The notes under the pieces are model-generated. The model did not search any database. It was given only the letters and a program-made list of their open reading frames with translations, and was not told where the DNA came from. 64,000 nucleotides of DNA from Bacteroidia bacterium (GTDB lineage Bacteria; Bacteroidota; Bacteroidia; AKYH767-A; OLB10), in NCBI GenBank assembly GCA_035340715.1, contig DAOQTX010000004.1, positions 3,929 to 67,928 of the forward strand. Direction: 5' to 3'. Positions 38,750-49,809 of the stretch are shown here, piece after piece. Both the position numbers and the translations under genes were made by a program. Position 1 is the stretch's first letter; each line of letters starts with the position of its first letter.

Positions 38750-41248
38750 TTACTCCTGAAAGTAAACTCTTTTTACTCTTCCCGAAATCGAGGTAAGAAT
38801 TTCATAGGGAATGGTGTCCAATGCCGCAGCCATTAATTCTATTGGGTGCTCAGGTCCAAAAACAATAGCTTCGCTTCCTTCTTTGACAGGAATATCGGTT
38901 ACATCTACCATAATCATATCCATACATACCGAGCCAATAACGGGTGCGGGTCTTTTGTTGATGAGCACAGAAAAATTTCCATTACCCAGTTTTCGATTAA
39001 ATCCATCGGCATAGCCAATACCCAATGTCGCTATCATGCTGTCGCGTTTTAAGACCCCTTTTCGATTGTAGCCAATTGATTCGCCCGCTTTCACCGATCG
39101 AACTTGCGAAACGGTTGTTTTTAATCGCGCTACCGGAATCAAATGTTTGAGCACGTTTTTGGGAACACCAACTCCATGCATACCTATTCCCAATCGAACC
39201 ATATTCATTTGATGATCCGGGAATCGTGTGATGCCACTTGAATTAAGTACATGTTTGATAAAATCTTGCTTCAAATGTTTACTCAACTCCAGACAAACTT
39301 TATTAAACAGCTCAATTTGGTGTTGGGTAAATGAATCATGTGTCGATTGATCGGTCGAAGCCAAATGAGTAAATACACTTTTTACTTCCAGTTGTTTATG
39401 ATTTTGCAAGCGCACAATCAGTTGGTTTATTTCACGCATTTCGAAACCAAGGCGATGCATACCACTGTCTATTTTCAAATGCACCGGAAAGGGAGTGGTT
39501 CTATCGGCCTTTTTTTGAACTGCTTCGGCAAATGATTGAAGAACTCTGAAAGAATAAATTTCAGGCTCCAGGTTGTGCTGAATCATTTGATCGAAGCTTT
39601 GCTCCTCAGGACTCATCACCATTATGGGAATATGTATGCCCGCTTTGCGAAGTTCTATTCCTTCATCGGCATAAGCAACTGCCAAATAATCTACTCTATG
39701 AAATTGCAGCAAGTCCGCAATCTCATGCGAACCGCTTCCATAGCCTAAAGCCTTTACCATCGCCATTATTTGGGTGCCCGGTTTAATGAATGAACGATAA
39801 TAGTTTAAGTTGTGCTCTAACGCACTCAGATTAATTTCAAGAACTGTTTCATGAGCTTTCTTCTGAAACATTTCCAACAAAGTTTCAAAGCCAAATGCCC
39901 GTGCTCCTTTAAGCAGAATCATTTCGTTGTGAAATCGGCTGGCAACAAACTCTTGTTTAAACTTTTCGGTGCTTTCGTAAAACTCAGTTTGGCCGCTAAA
40001 TAAATGTTGAACCGAAAGCAAATCGGGTCCAATACCAATCAAACGATCAATGTTTTTTTGTCGAAGCAAGACATTCACTTCAGTATAAAGTTGTTCTTTG
40101 TCTTTTCCACTTTGCAGGATATCGGATAGAATAACGGTTTTGTCGGTAAACAACTTTTGTTGATTCATAAAATCCAAAGCGATTGACAATGAGCCGAGAT
40201 CGGAGTTGTATGAATCGTTGATGATACTGCAATGATTGATGCCTTCTTTCATTTCGAGTCGCATAGCTACCGGAATCAACTGTTTCATTCGATCGGAAAT
40301 GGTGGCTTGATCGATTTCAAGAAACAACATCATGGCCCAACAATGAATGGCATTTTCTATGGAAGCATCATCGGTAAACGGTATTTGAATGGTGGCAAAA
40401 TTATTTTTAAATACGCCTTGTATCTCGGTATAATTTTCAAACTGTTTTACACGGCCTATTTGTAAATCGGCTCTCATTTTTCTCGACCAGGTAAACAGTC
40501 GTATGTTTTGCGGTAGAATTTTAGAGGCATTGATTTGTTGTTCTATCAATAAATAATCACGACAATACACCAACGCTTTACATGGCGCAAAGAGTTGAAG
40601 TTTTTCTAAAATTTTTTGTTCAAACGATTCAAAGTTTTCTGCATGTGCCTGACCAATATTTGTAAACAAACCAATTTGTGCTTTAACAATTTCGGCCAAC
40701 GCTTTCATTTCACCGCTTTTAGAAATGCCTGCTTCAAATATTGCCAAATCGTTTTCGCTGCGCATTTGCCATACCGAAAGCGGAACTCCAATTTGAGAAT
40801 TGTAACTCTTTGGACTTTTAACAATGTGATAATCTTCTCTCATCAATTGATAAAGCCATTCTTTTACGATTGTTTTTCCATTACTGCCCGTGATGCCGAT
40901 TACCGGAATATCAAACAATTCCCGGTGTGTGCGGCTTAGTCTTTGCAAAGCCAAAAGGGTATCATTTACGACAAAATAAACAGCTTTGCTCTCTGCTTTT
41001 GCGAAATCTTTCTTACTGATTACAAAAGCTCTGACTCCCTTTTGCAATAAAGGTTCTACAAATTCATGTCCATCTCTGCGGTCGCCTTCAATAGCAAAAA
41101 ACAAAGTATCATCAGGCGATGAGAGTTTCCGACTATCGGTAGATAAATAGCGAATGTTTAGCTCTGTGCCGGCTGCATTGATCACCTGAGCATTCATCGC
41201 TTCGCTCAATCGCTTGATATCGTAAATAATGTGGGCTTGATTGCTCAT
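38750..41248 (-). CDS. murF: Bifunctional UDP-MurNAc-tripeptide--D-Ala-D-Ala ligase (MurF) / alanine racemase (Alr) fusion
   Basis: The 832-aa product has an N-terminal Mur ligase domain ([10 protein letters not shown]-loop) and a C-terminal alanine racemase ([11 protein letters not shown] with the PLP Lys, and the C-terminal beta domain). This fusion is characteristic of Bacteroidota. Confidence 0.85.
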   Translation of the reverse strand: MSNQAHIIYDIKRLSEAMNAQVINAAGTELNIRYLSTDSRKLSSPDDTLFFAIEGDRRDGHEFVEPLLQKGVRAFVISKKDFAKAESKAVYFVVNDTLLALQRLSRTHRELFDIPVIGITGSNGKTIVKEWLYQLMREDYHIVKSPKSYNSQIGVPLSVWQMRSENDLAIFEAGISKSGEMKALAEIVKAQIGLFTNIGQAHAENFESFEQKILEKLQLFAPCKALVYCRDYLLIEQQINASKILPQNIRLFTWSRKMRADLQIGRVKQFENYTEIQGVFKNNFATIQIPFTDDASIENAIHCWAMMLFLEIDQATISDRMKQLIPVAMRLEMKEGINHCSIINDSYNSDLGSLSIALDFMNQQKLFTDKTVILSDILQSGKDKEQLYTEVNVLLRQKNIDRLIGIGPDLLSVQHLFSGQTEFYESTEKFKQEFVASRFHNEMILLKGARAFGFETLLEMFQKKAHETVLEINLSALEHNLNYYRSFIKPGTQIMAMVKALGYGSGSHEIADLLQFHRVDYLAVAYADEGIELRKAGIHIPIMVMSPEEQSFDQMIQHNLEPEIYSFRVLQSFAEAVQKKADRTTPFPVHLKIDSGMHRLGFEMREINQLIVRLQNHKQLEVKSVFTHLASTDQSTHDSFTQHQIELFNKVCLELSKHLKQDFIKHVLNSSGITRFPDHQMNMVRLGIGMHGVGVPKNVLKHLIPVARLKTTVSQVRSVKAGESIGYNRKGVLKRDSMIATLGIGYADGFNRKLGNGNFSVLINKRPAPVIGSVCMDMIMVDVTDIPVKEGSEAIVFGPEHPIELMAAALDTIPYEILTSISGRVKRVYFQE

Positions 41249-41814
41249 TTATTGCGCTGTGTGTAGCACGATCGGCACAAGGGGATATAACTTTCCCTTT
41301 CGCCCAGCATTACTACATCTTTATTTTCAACGGTTCGATAGGAGAATTGAGCCAACTCTCCACAATCCATACATACGGCATGCACTTTAGTTACAAACTC
41401 AGCTACCGACATCAGATCGGGAATTGGACCAAAGGGTTTGCCACTAAAGTCCATGTCCAAACCGGCCACGATTACACGTACACCTTGATTGGCTAATTGC
41501 ACACAAACATCGCTTAAGCCTCTATCGAAAAATTGAGCTTCATCTATTCCCACTACATCTACATCAAAACTCAGCAATAAAATATTTGACGATGCATCAA
41601 CCGGAATACTGGGTATGGCATTTTGATCGTGCGATACAATATCACTTTCATGATATCGATGATCGACTTTAGGTTTATAAATTTCAACTTTCTGTTTAGC
41701 AAATCGTGCACGCTTTAATCTACGGATCAATTCTTCCGTTTTTCCCGAAAACATTGATCCGCAAATAACTTCGATCCAGCCCTTTCGTGAATGATTGAAT
41801 TCTTTGCTTTGCAC
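41245..41814 (-). CDS. tdk: Thymidine kinase
   Basis: The 189-aa product has the [15 protein letters not shown]-loop and a C-terminal zinc ribbon (CxxC...CxxC). It overlaps murF/alr by 4 nt. Confidence 0.9.
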   Translation of the reverse strand: MQSKEFNHSRKGWIEVICGSMFSGKTEELIRRLKRARFAKQKVEIYKPKVDHRYHESDIVSHDQNAIPSIPVDASSNILLLSFDVDVVGIDEAQFFDRGLSDVCVQLANQGVRVIVAGLDMDFSGKPFGPIPDLMSVAEFVTKVHAVCMDCGELAQFSYRTVENKDVVMLGERESYIPLCRSCYTQRNK

Positions 41815-41883
41815 CCTATAATTGATTTGAGTGTAAAATTAGAAATAAAAAATTCTCTTGCAGTGTCGAAATTACAAAACACA

Positions 41884-41914
41884 AAAGCCACCCGGAAAAC
41901 TCCAAAGTGGCTTG
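41884..41914 (-). terminator. Possible weak terminator downstream of the HmuY-like T9SS gene
   Basis: A 7-bp stem (aagccac / gtggctt) with a 15-nt loop lies 22 nt after the stop. The U-tract on the minus transcript is imperfect. Confidence 0.3.
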
Positions 41915-41935
41915 TGCTCAAACATATAGGTTTCC

Positions 41936-43189
41936 CTATTTTTCTATAATTATTTTTTTCGATTGGATATTATATCCATTGTGTATTTGTAGGATATATA
42001 CCCCATTGGCTAATGAAGATACATCCAACTGTCCACTGAGGAAATTTTGCTCATTCACAAAGTTTTGTTCGATCAGTTTTCTAGCACTCATATCGAATAA
42101 TATGGCCTTTGTATTTTTTTCAGCCGATGGCGTATAAAGCGAGAAGTGAATAGAGGTACTGGCCGGATTGGGATAACATTCCAAAATCAAAGCTTGCTCT
42201 TGCTCCGGGGTTGCCAGTGCTAAGTATTCTTTTGTGAAATAAAATTTACCCGAAGCAGCTCCACCGAATCCGGTAAAGATCATTTTGTAAATATTATAAT
42301 TTACATCTCTTACAAAAAATGCGAGAGAGTCTTCAATTACCCAACTAAAAGTATTCATGTCGAAATATTTCCAATTGTATCCTATAGCATTGGTAAAATG
42401 TGAAAACTGAGTGGCATTATATGTTGCACTGTTTACATCAACCGGATACGCTTTTTCTACCAAAACATTTTTGTTGCTCAACACACCACCCACCATGTAG
42501 GTAATAGGATCAACCGAAAGATATTGTGTAAACACCAAATCCCAGTTGCTGTTCAATGGCTCCCGGTCAATTGCTATATTGTTTACCATTGAGTAGTACG
42601 CAAAGTTTTTACCGATATAGTTTGACTTATTTATACTGCCGATAATTTCGTTGCTGCCATCGGGGTTGGCATATTTAAATGTATAGATACCCGCTGTAAG
42701 AGATTCGATATACATTTTTTTAACTGCTCCATTACTCAAACGGATAAAATAAACCGAGTCACCGATTACTTGATGTGTAGCGAAATTATAATTGCCCCAT
42801 CCTAAATCAAATGGATCGGCAGGGTTGTAGGTTCTGTTGAACGCTCCCATTCCCCAGGCAGTATCATGATTGAATAATTCATTCCCAGCCACCATTGAGG
42901 CAAGCGTATCGGCATACGAAATGGCAGACCAATTGGCAACACTGTTCACCGGACGATATAAGGTTGCCATGTTTTTAGAATTGATCAATACAGAAGCTGT
43001 TTGACCATTGATTTCGAAAGCAATGTCCCAATCTAAATTGCTCACACTGCTTTGAGTGCCATTGCTCATGCTGTAAAAGGTTTGGTTTGGGTAACCGGGA
43101 TTAATGCTAACAGAATCGCTCACTACCTGAGCTGAAGCCCACGTGGATAGAGTGCATATGCTAAGTAACGTGAATAAAATTCTTTTCAT
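41936..43189 (-). CDS. HmuY-like family protein with T9SS type-A C-terminal sorting domain
   Basis: The 417-aa product has a signal peptide and two HmuY-like motifs (NLDWDIAFE, SNWDLVFTQY; compare P. gingivalis HmuY NWDMALHRY). Its C-terminus (YPNPASTSIHFSLY...NGVYILQIHNGYNIQSKKIIIEK) matches the T9SS CTD. Confidence 0.5.
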   Translation of the reverse strand: MKRILFTLLSICTLSTWASAQVVSDSVSINPGYPNQTFYSMSNGTQSSVSNLDWDIAFEINGQTASVLINSKNMATLYRPVNSVANWSAISYADTLASMVAGNELFNHDTAWGMGAFNRTYNPADPFDLGWGNYNFATHQVIGDSVYFIRLSNGAVKKMYIESLTAGIYTFKYANPDGSNEIIGSINKSNYIGKNFAYYSMVNNIAIDREPLNSNWDLVFTQYLSVDPITYMVGGVLSNKNVLVEKAYPVDVNSATYNATQFSHFTNAIGYNWKYFDMNTFSWVIEDSLAFFVRDVNYNIYKMIFTGFGGAASGKFYFTKEYLALATPEQEQALILECYPNPASTSIHFSLYTPSAEKNTKAILFDMSARKLIEQNFVNEQNFLSGQLDVSSLANGVYILQIHNGYNIQSKKIIIEK

Positions 43190-43204
43190 TTTTTTGGATG
43201 GTAT

Positions 43205-44212
43205 TTAAAATCGTTTGTATTCAAAAATTGCGGTGCCCTTGTTTCCCGATGTATCGTAGAAATCTAAAAAGCGAAGTTTATATAAATAGCCTGTGGCGTC
43301 TTTAATAATATAATAACGATCCGGAACAATGGAATACAGATTGGTGGAAAAACTAAATTGCTTCCATTCAAATCCGATATAAGCAGCTTGGGTGTAACGC
43401 TGCACCATTTGCGCTTGCCCAAATTCCAAATCCGCAAATGGAATATAATCCGGCAATGAATCTTTAGCCAACATTCCTGCCTCGATTTGATTCCATCGAT
43501 TGAGCAGGGTTCCGGTTACTAAATAATATCGGAAAGGAGAGCCAATCGGTTCTTCTTTGTATTCGTGAATATATTTTCCAAACATCAACTGCCATTTACT
43601 CGATGGCGGAGCAACACTCACCAATTGACCGCCTCCACTAAAATTAAAATACATCAATGCATAGGCATTGTTTTTTGGAATGAAAAATGTTTGATAGCCA
43701 CTGTTGTCTAGATAGGAATAGCTGATCTGATATCCGTTTGCATCAACCGTATCCACTTTAAACTTTCTAAATCGTTCGGCACCTGAATGCTCATACGCTC
43801 CACGATCGATAATAAATACTTCGCCACTAAAAATGCTGTTTTGATAATAGGAACTCATTGCCAATGAATCGTCATACAAATGTTCATGGTCTGTTTTCCA
43901 ATTCACTCCGGTAGAATCGGCCATATTCATTAGGGCATATCCGCTTCTACCTGCAAACATAAACTTGGCTTGATTGAGATACACTCTGTTGCCTTGAGCT
44001 GAAGCTTCAAAAGCTAAATCGAAACTATTGTATGGGGCACTGTAAGTTTTGTTTTCATATAAATCTACAAAGACCAAAGATTGATACGTGTTTCCCATGC
44101 TGGCTTGCATCAGGGTTAAATTTCCAGGGGCATTGAGCGACAGAGCTGTTTCGTTTTTCTCGCAGGAAGAAAAAAACAAACCCAAAGCAATGAATAGAAT
44201 CCAACTCCTCAT
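43205..44212 (-). CDS. HmuY-like lipoprotein
   Basis: The 335-aa product has a lipobox (FFSSC) and the motifs SFDLAFEAS and SKWQLMFGKY, which resemble the HmuY fold signature. It lies immediately downstream of the TonB-dependent receptor. Confidence 0.45.
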   Translation of the reverse strand: MRSWILFIALGLFFSSCEKNETALSLNAPGNLTLMQASMGNTYQSLVFVDLYENKTYSAPYNSFDLAFEASAQGNRVYLNQAKFMFAGRSGYALMNMADSTGVNWKTDHEHLYDDSLAMSSYYQNSIFSGEVFIIDRGAYEHSGAERFRKFKVDTVDANGYQISYSYLDNSGYQTFFIPKNNAYALMYFNFSGGGQLVSVAPPSSKWQLMFGKYIHEYKEEPIGSPFRYYLVTGTLLNRWNQIEAGMLAKDSLPDYIPFADLEFGQAQMVQRYTQAAYIGFEWKQFSFSTNLYSIVPDRYYIIKDATGYLYKLRFLDFYDTSGNKGTAIFEYKRF

Positions 44213-46437
44213 TTCTTTTTAAAGGTATAAGACAGTGAACAGAAATAATTTATACCGGTGCTGATCAATGCAGAACTTCCTTCGGAACCATGCACGGTTG
44301 CACTTCCATAACTATTGATTTGACGTACGTTTAAAATATTCTTGATTCCGGCATTGAGTTGCATCTGATCTTTTAAAAACGATTTACTCATTGAAACATC
44401 CAACAAATGATACGCTTCGCTTTTTAGCAAAGAGATGTTATACGCATCATCGCTAATGTAAATAGGCATGGCACCCTTATACGTGTAACGAAGATTTACA
44501 CTGCTTTTTAACTTTTCTGGCAAACGATACATCAATTGATTAGAAGACTCATAACCATAATTGATTTGTCGGCCTACTTGATCATTATATACATTGGATA
44601 TTCCTGAATAAGCCGATTGATGAGATACACTCCACTTTTTTAACTCGATGCTTAGCGTTGCTCTTGTGCCTGCACTTTTATATTCACCTATATTAACATA
44701 AGTAAATAAATTACTGCTGCTGTTCACCTGAGCAAGTGTAATCAGGTTATCAATTTTATTGAAATAAAAGTTCAACTCACTTTTAAGCATCGCCTTTTGA
44801 AATAGGCTTTTTCTTTTTTCGATATTTAGCGAAAGTGAATGAGCATATTCCGGCTTCAGCGATTCGTTGCCCCGTATATTGTGATTGACATCAACAAAGT
44901 AGAGATACAACTCCTTTACAGAAGGTGCTCGGAAACCTCTATTGTAGGCCAAACGCATGATGGCTTTTTCCGCTCCCAATTCATAGCGAACATTCACCGA
45001 TGGAATGGTGGCCATGCCATACACCGGATTGTAATTGAAACGTAAAGCGGGCTTAAAAGAAAATCCTTGCACCGGAGAAGATTCAAAACTTCCGAACAAA
45101 GCATAATTGTCGGATGAAACACTTCTTCGGGTAAAGCGCTCTCCACGTGCCGATTCGGTATTGATATCAAACCCTGTTTGAAAATTCATACTGCTTCCTT
45201 CTTCCGCTTTATGAATGGTAGAATAAATATTCCACGATGTAATCCGTGTGCTGTCTTGATCGTCCTTATTTTCGGTTAGTGTTTCGTTGAGGGTAACCAA
45301 ATCTTTTCGGTATGTATTTTTTATTCTTCTATACTCCGATAAGCCAATTTGAAATTTTGCCCGGTGGTTATTCCCAATAATATGCTCACCCGAAAACTGA
45401 TACATATTCCTACGCGTTTTGTAATACTCGTCAAAAGCATAAATATAGTACGGTGTATATACGGCTAATCCTTTATTGGTCAGCTTTTCATCCATTATAT
45501 GCGTACTGAACATAAAGCGACTTTGATGATAAAACCAAATGTATTTGGCACTACCGAACCACTGCTCTTTTGGTTTCCAATCGAGGTAGCGTTCCGATTC
45601 ATCGTTCGACCAACCATCAAAATAATTTCTTCCGGCTGAAACAATAAAATTCGATCGCTTAAATCTTTTGCCCAACCAAAAGTCTGCATTGTATTGCCCT
45701 ATGCTTTCGTAATGAGTCTTCAGTTGTGCAATCAGATTGTCTTGTACGCTTTGCTTGGAGATGATGTTGATGATTCCTCCACTGGCATCGGTTCCATAAT
45801 TAACCGACATTGGTCCTTCAACCACTTCAATTCTTTCCACACCACTCATGGCAATTTGACTTAAATCAATGTTGCCGTTCAAGCGTCCATTTACCGGCAA
45901 TCCATCCAACAACACTTTGATGTTGTTTCCACTCATTCCATTAATTTTTATACTGCTGCCCAATACCGCATCATTATTTAACTCAAGCCCCGCTTTGCGA
46001 CTCAACACTTCATTGATACTTGCATAGCCTTGATCATTGATCTGCTGAGCGGATATAACTTGAACCGTATGCATGGATTTGCTTTGTTGCCTTGGAGCAT
46101 ATTCGGTTGTAATCACTACTTCGTTCAGTTGTATATTTTTTAAAGGAAGATCGTATTCATATACCGCAGAGTTTATGTAGATGGTATCGCATAAGGTTTC
46201 AATAGAAAGATGTGCTACTTGCAGCACAAAAGGAACTTGAATGGCATCGGGAATAATCAATTCACCTTTATTGTCGCTAAAACGTACCAACGATTCACGA
46301 CTGTTCAAATCTATCATTACCACTGTGGCCAAACTCAAAGGATTTTGATTCGCATCCTTGAGGATTAATTTTTTTGCCTGAACAGAGTTGGAAAGTATAA
46401 TAAATAAGACAAAAACGAAGTTCTTCACAAAATTCAC
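44209..46437 (-). CDS. TonB-dependent outer-membrane receptor with N-terminal carboxypeptidase-regulatory-like domain
   Basis: The 742-aa product has a signal peptide, a CarbopepD_reg-like N-domain, a plug domain (ITTEYAP...GMSGNNIKVLLDGLPV), a 22-strand barrel and a C-terminal aromatic residue. It overlaps the downstream lipoprotein gene by 4 nt. Confidence 0.85.
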   Translation of the reverse strand: MNFVKNFVFVLFIILSNSVQAKKLILKDANQNPLSLATVVMIDLNSRESLVRFSDNKGELIIPDAIQVPFVLQVAHLSIETLCDTIYINSAVYEYDLPLKNIQLNEVVITTEYAPRQQSKSMHTVQVISAQQINDQGYASINEVLSRKAGLELNNDAVLGSSIKINGMSGNNIKVLLDGLPVNGRLNGNIDLSQIAMSGVERIEVVEGPMSVNYGTDASGGIINIISKQSVQDNLIAQLKTHYESIGQYNADFWLGKRFKRSNFIVSAGRNYFDGWSNDESERYLDWKPKEQWFGSAKYIWFYHQSRFMFSTHIMDEKLTNKGLAVYTPYYIYAFDEYYKTRRNMYQFSGEHIIGNNHRAKFQIGLSEYRRIKNTYRKDLVTLNETLTENKDDQDSTRITSWNIYSTIHKAEEGSSMNFQTGFDINTESARGERFTRRSVSSDNYALFGSFESSPVQGFSFKPALRFNYNPVYGMATIPSVNVRYELGAEKAIMRLAYNRGFRAPSVKELYLYFVDVNHNIRGNESLKPEYAHSLSLNIEKRKSLFQKAMLKSELNFYFNKIDNLITLAQVNSSSNLFTYVNIGEYKSAGTRATLSIELKKWSVSHQSAYSGISNVYNDQVGRQINYGYESSNQLMYRLPEKLKSSVNLRYTYKGAMPIYISDDAYNISLLKSEAYHLLDVSMSKSFLKDQMQLNAGIKNILNVRQINSYGSATVHGSEGSSALISTGINYFCSLSYTFKKK

Positions 46438-46602
46438 GCTGCAAAATTACTAAGCCTGAAACATGAGAAAAACTAATCACGGTCATATTTATCTAATTTG
46501 ACAATACAATGACATATGATAGACTTTGGTAAGAAAAATGTTGAATAGACCGAAGAATATTACTTTTGTGGCGGAGAACATCAAATCACAGAAAATCATA
46601 AA

Positions 46603-47283
46603 ATGAAAAAAGAAGAAATAGAAAAAGCCTACCAGAATTTTAAGCAAAGGATGGATATTTTGATGCAAGCCATCGATAAAGATTTAGCAAAAGCAGAATT
46701 GGATTTACTGATTCATTATACCAATCAGTTTATCAAATCGCTTGGACTTGATGAACTCAACTATCCGGTAGAAAACATAGCAGATAAAAAAGAAAATAAA
46801 ACCGTTGAAGTAAAACCACAGCTTACAAGCCCAACGGTAACCATAGCAGATGCTGATATTGAAGATGAGCCTATACCTATAGCGGAAGCCGAAATAGAAA
46901 CCAAACAGAAGATTAAAATTAAACCGGCTGATGCCAAACCTTCCAAAGCAGAGGTGTTGGCACAAAACAATTCATCTTCAACCCTGCACGACCGAATGAC
47001 AAAAACCAAACCCGACCCTAGTTTGGCCGATAAATTAGAAAAGAAACCTTTGAACGATATGAAAAAGGGGATTGGGATAAATGAAAAATTTATTTTTATA
47101 AGTGAATTGTTTAAAGGCGATCAAAATTCTTATTCCACAGGAATAGAGAAATTAAACAGCTGCCAATCGATGAGCGAAGCTGAGCGTGTCTTACAGAATT
47201 TATCGGGCGAATTTGAATGGCAATCTGAATCGACTGCGTATACTTTATTGCATAATCTAGTTGAAAGACGCTATGCAAACTAA
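46603..47283 (+). CDS. Hypothetical protein with a central acidic/Lys-rich low-complexity linker
   Basis: The 226-aa product has a helical N-domain, a disordered linker (ADADIEDEPIPIAEAEIETKQKIKIKPADAKPSKAE) and a conserved-looking C-domain. It overlaps the downstream M28 gene by 23 nt. Confidence 0.45.
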   Translation: MKKEEIEKAYQNFKQRMDILMQAIDKDLAKAELDLLIHYTNQFIKSLGLDELNYPVENIADKKENKTVEVKPQLTSPTVTIADADIEDEPIPIAEAEIETKQKIKIKPADAKPSKAEVLAQNNSSSTLHDRMTKTKPDPSLADKLEKKPLNDMKKGIGINEKFIFISELFKGDQNSYSTGIEKLNSCQSMSEAERVLQNLSGEFEWQSESTAYTLLHNLVERRYAN

Positions 47284-48532
47284 GTGCAGATTTCTGTTTT
47301 TAATTTTTGTTTTTGTATTAACGACTCACCGCTTTTGTTATGGGCAAGATTCTTTTTATGCGCGACAAGTCATTAAAGATTTATGTTCCGAAAAAATGCA
47401 CGGAAGAGGATATGTAAAAAAAGGTGATCAAAATGCGTCTATATACATTAGCAAAGAGTTTCAATTTGCAGGTCTTGAAAAATTAAGCAAAGGATATTAT
47501 CAGGAATTTACGCATAGCGTTAATACGTTTCCTTCAAGCATGTATGTGAAGCTCGATACGGCAGTATTACAGGCAGGAGTTCAATTTATTGTTGATCCAA
47601 AATCTCCTTCTGCAAAAGGCAGTTATCTAATTGAAGAAACGAATGCACTTCCGGATCAATACAGCGAGCGTGCATTGCGCTACAGATTTGTTTATGTGAA
47701 TCCGAAAGGTCTTTCAAGCGAAGACAGTTTAAAATTGATGGCTGCCTGGAAAGAGGACAAACGTGCTGCCGGATATATTTTTCGTCATAAAAAATTAACC
47801 TGGAGTGTAGGCACAGAAGTGATGGAAAAACCAATGATTTACCTCTTGAACGACAGTGTTGCCAAGTCTTTTAAACATATAGAACTAAGTATAAAAAATA
47901 AATTTATTTCTCGATACAAGTCGCGAAATGTTGTAGCTTATGTTAAAGGGAAAGTAAAGCCCGATAGTATGATTGTTGTTTCGGCACATTACGATCATTT
48001 AGGTCGTATGGGAAAAACAGCTCTTTTCCCCGGAGCAAACGATAATGCTAGTGGAGTTGCCTTAATGCTGAATTTAGTAAAGCACTATGCCTTGACTGAA
48101 AACAAGCCCGATTATTCAATTCTGTTTATTGCCTTTGCTGCTGAAGAAGCGGGATTAAAAGGATCATTGCATTATACCCAAAATCCATTGAAGCCTCTTT
48201 CAAAAATTAAATTCCTGATCAATTTAGATTTAACCGGTACAGGTGATGAAGGCATCACGGTAGTTAATGCCACTGAATTTCCTGAACACTTTGATAGGAT
48301 CAAAAAAATAAACGAAGAAGAAAATTATTTCACCTATGTAGGTAGTAGAGGAAAGGCAAAAAATTCTGATCATTATTATTTTAGCGAAGCAGGTGTTCCT
48401 TCTTTTTTTATTTACACGATGGGAGGAATTAAAGCTTATCATGATATTTATGACATTCCTGAAACATTACCGCTTACTCGATATCGTCAGTTGTTTCGAT
48501 TGATCGATGATTTTATTAAAGGAATACACTAG
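47261..48532 (+). CDS. M28 family zinc aminopeptidase
   Basis: It has M28 metal-ligand motifs (SAHYDHLG, GANDNASGVALML, EEAGLKGS). Confidence 0.8.
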   Translation: MKDAMQTKCRFLFLIFVFVLTTHRFCYGQDSFYARQVIKDLCSEKMHGRGYVKKGDQNASIYISKEFQFAGLEKLSKGYYQEFTHSVNTFPSSMYVKLDTAVLQAGVQFIVDPKSPSAKGSYLIEETNALPDQYSERALRYRFVYVNPKGLSSEDSLKLMAAWKEDKRAAGYIFRHKKLTWSVGTEVMEKPMIYLLNDSVAKSFKHIELSIKNKFISRYKSRNVVAYVKGKVKPDSMIVVSAHYDHLGRMGKTALFPGANDNASGVALMLNLVKHYALTENKPDYSILFIAFAAEEAGLKGSLHYTQNPLKPLSKIKFLINLDLTGTGDEGITVVNATEFPEHFDRIKKINEEENYFTYVGSRGKAKNSDHYYFSEAGVPSFFIYTMGGIKAYHDIYDIPETLPLTRYRQLFRLIDDFIKGIH

Positions 48533-48628
48533 TATTGGTTTGTTTCTTCCAAAAACCTATTGAATCTCATGTAGGTTTAAAATATTTTTTTTAAACTTTG
48601 TAGTCTAAATCAAAAAAACTCAATAGCT

Positions 48629-49690
48629 ATGAGAAATTTATATCTCTTCATTTATTGCATTTTAATTTCAGTATCAACTCAAGCCCAACCTACCATTACT
48701 CAATCGGATGCACCCGTAGCAGGCACCCAATGGACCGAATTTGACGATGATCGTCCGGGAATTTTTACGTTAGGGGCAGCTGGAGCGAACCAATCGTGGA
48801 ATTATGCAACAGGATTCATGACTCAATCAACCAATTACCTTAGCTTTAGTTCCATCGCCTCATTACCTGGCAATTTATCATCACAATTTCCTGGAGCCAA
48901 TCTTGCTTTGAACTTTCCAAGCGATTCTATTTGCCAATATTTTGATGTGAACAATACCGGTATTTATATTGATGGCCTTTATACTTATTCAATGTTGGCC
49001 ATGCCGCCATTCAATAAGTTTGATTACAACCCGAATAACTTATTCATTCCATTCCCTTTTACCTACAATGGTGTACGAAATCATGTCTCCAAACAAGAAG
49101 TTGTTATTGTTGGTACGCCATCCATTAAGACCGTAATCTCCACTTTGCAACAATTTAATGGGGATGGATATGGAAGTTTAACAACGCCTGCAGGAACGTT
49201 CCCTAATGTACTTCGCATTAAATCATTCAGCTATAGTATTGACTCAACCTTTGCCGACATATCCGGCACCGGTAACTATATCTTCGTGAATAGTGGGGGA
49301 GCTTCTGATTCTAGCTACTCTTATTTTCATATGCGCAATGGTGTAAATTCATTTTTATGTGTTGTGGATATGAACAATACCAATACCGTTGTAGAAAGTG
49401 TAAGTTATCTTGTGAATGGAATTGTAGGAATTGAAGAAACCAGTAATCCGCCATCCGTTTTAGTTTATCCAAATCCTTTGATCGATCAAAAATTAAACAT
49501 CCATATTGATCAAGATGATGTATCACAGGTCAGAATCTATAATGAGCAGGGGCAAGTTGTCTATCAACAAGCTGTATACGGAGCCGATACCTATTCATTT
49601 GAATTCGATTTTAGCAAAGGGTTTTATCTCTATCAACTGATATCTCATGGTGGACAAATCATAAGCAACGGAAAATTTATTAAACAATAA
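48629..49690 (+). CDS. Secreted protein of unknown function with T9SS type-A CTD
   Basis: The 353-aa product has a signal peptide, a ~270-aa N-domain with no recognised motifs, and a C-terminal VYPNPLIDQKLNIHI...GFYLYQLISHGGQIISNGKFIKQ. Confidence 0.6.
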   Translation: MRNLYLFIYCILISVSTQAQPTITQSDAPVAGTQWTEFDDDRPGIFTLGAAGANQSWNYATGFMTQSTNYLSFSSIASLPGNLSSQFPGANLALNFPSDSICQYFDVNNTGIYIDGLYTYSMLAMPPFNKFDYNPNNLFIPFPFTYNGVRNHVSKQEVVIVGTPSIKTVISTLQQFNGDGYGSLTTPAGTFPNVLRIKSFSYSIDSTFADISGTGNYIFVNSGGASDSSYSYFHMRNGVNSFLCVVDMNNTNTVVESVSYLVNGIVGIEETSNPPSVLVYPNPLIDQKLNIHIDQDDVSQVRIYNEQGQVVYQQAVYGADTYSFEFDFSKGFYLYQLISHGGQIISNGKFIKQ

Positions 49691-49809
49691 AGTAGCATTT
49701 ACTATAGAAAAGGGATGATTCTATCATCCCTTTTTTTGTTATGAATAAATTGAAATAGAAATTCAGAAACAATATTTTTCTTTTTATGTTCATAATAGTA
49801 AATTTCAAT

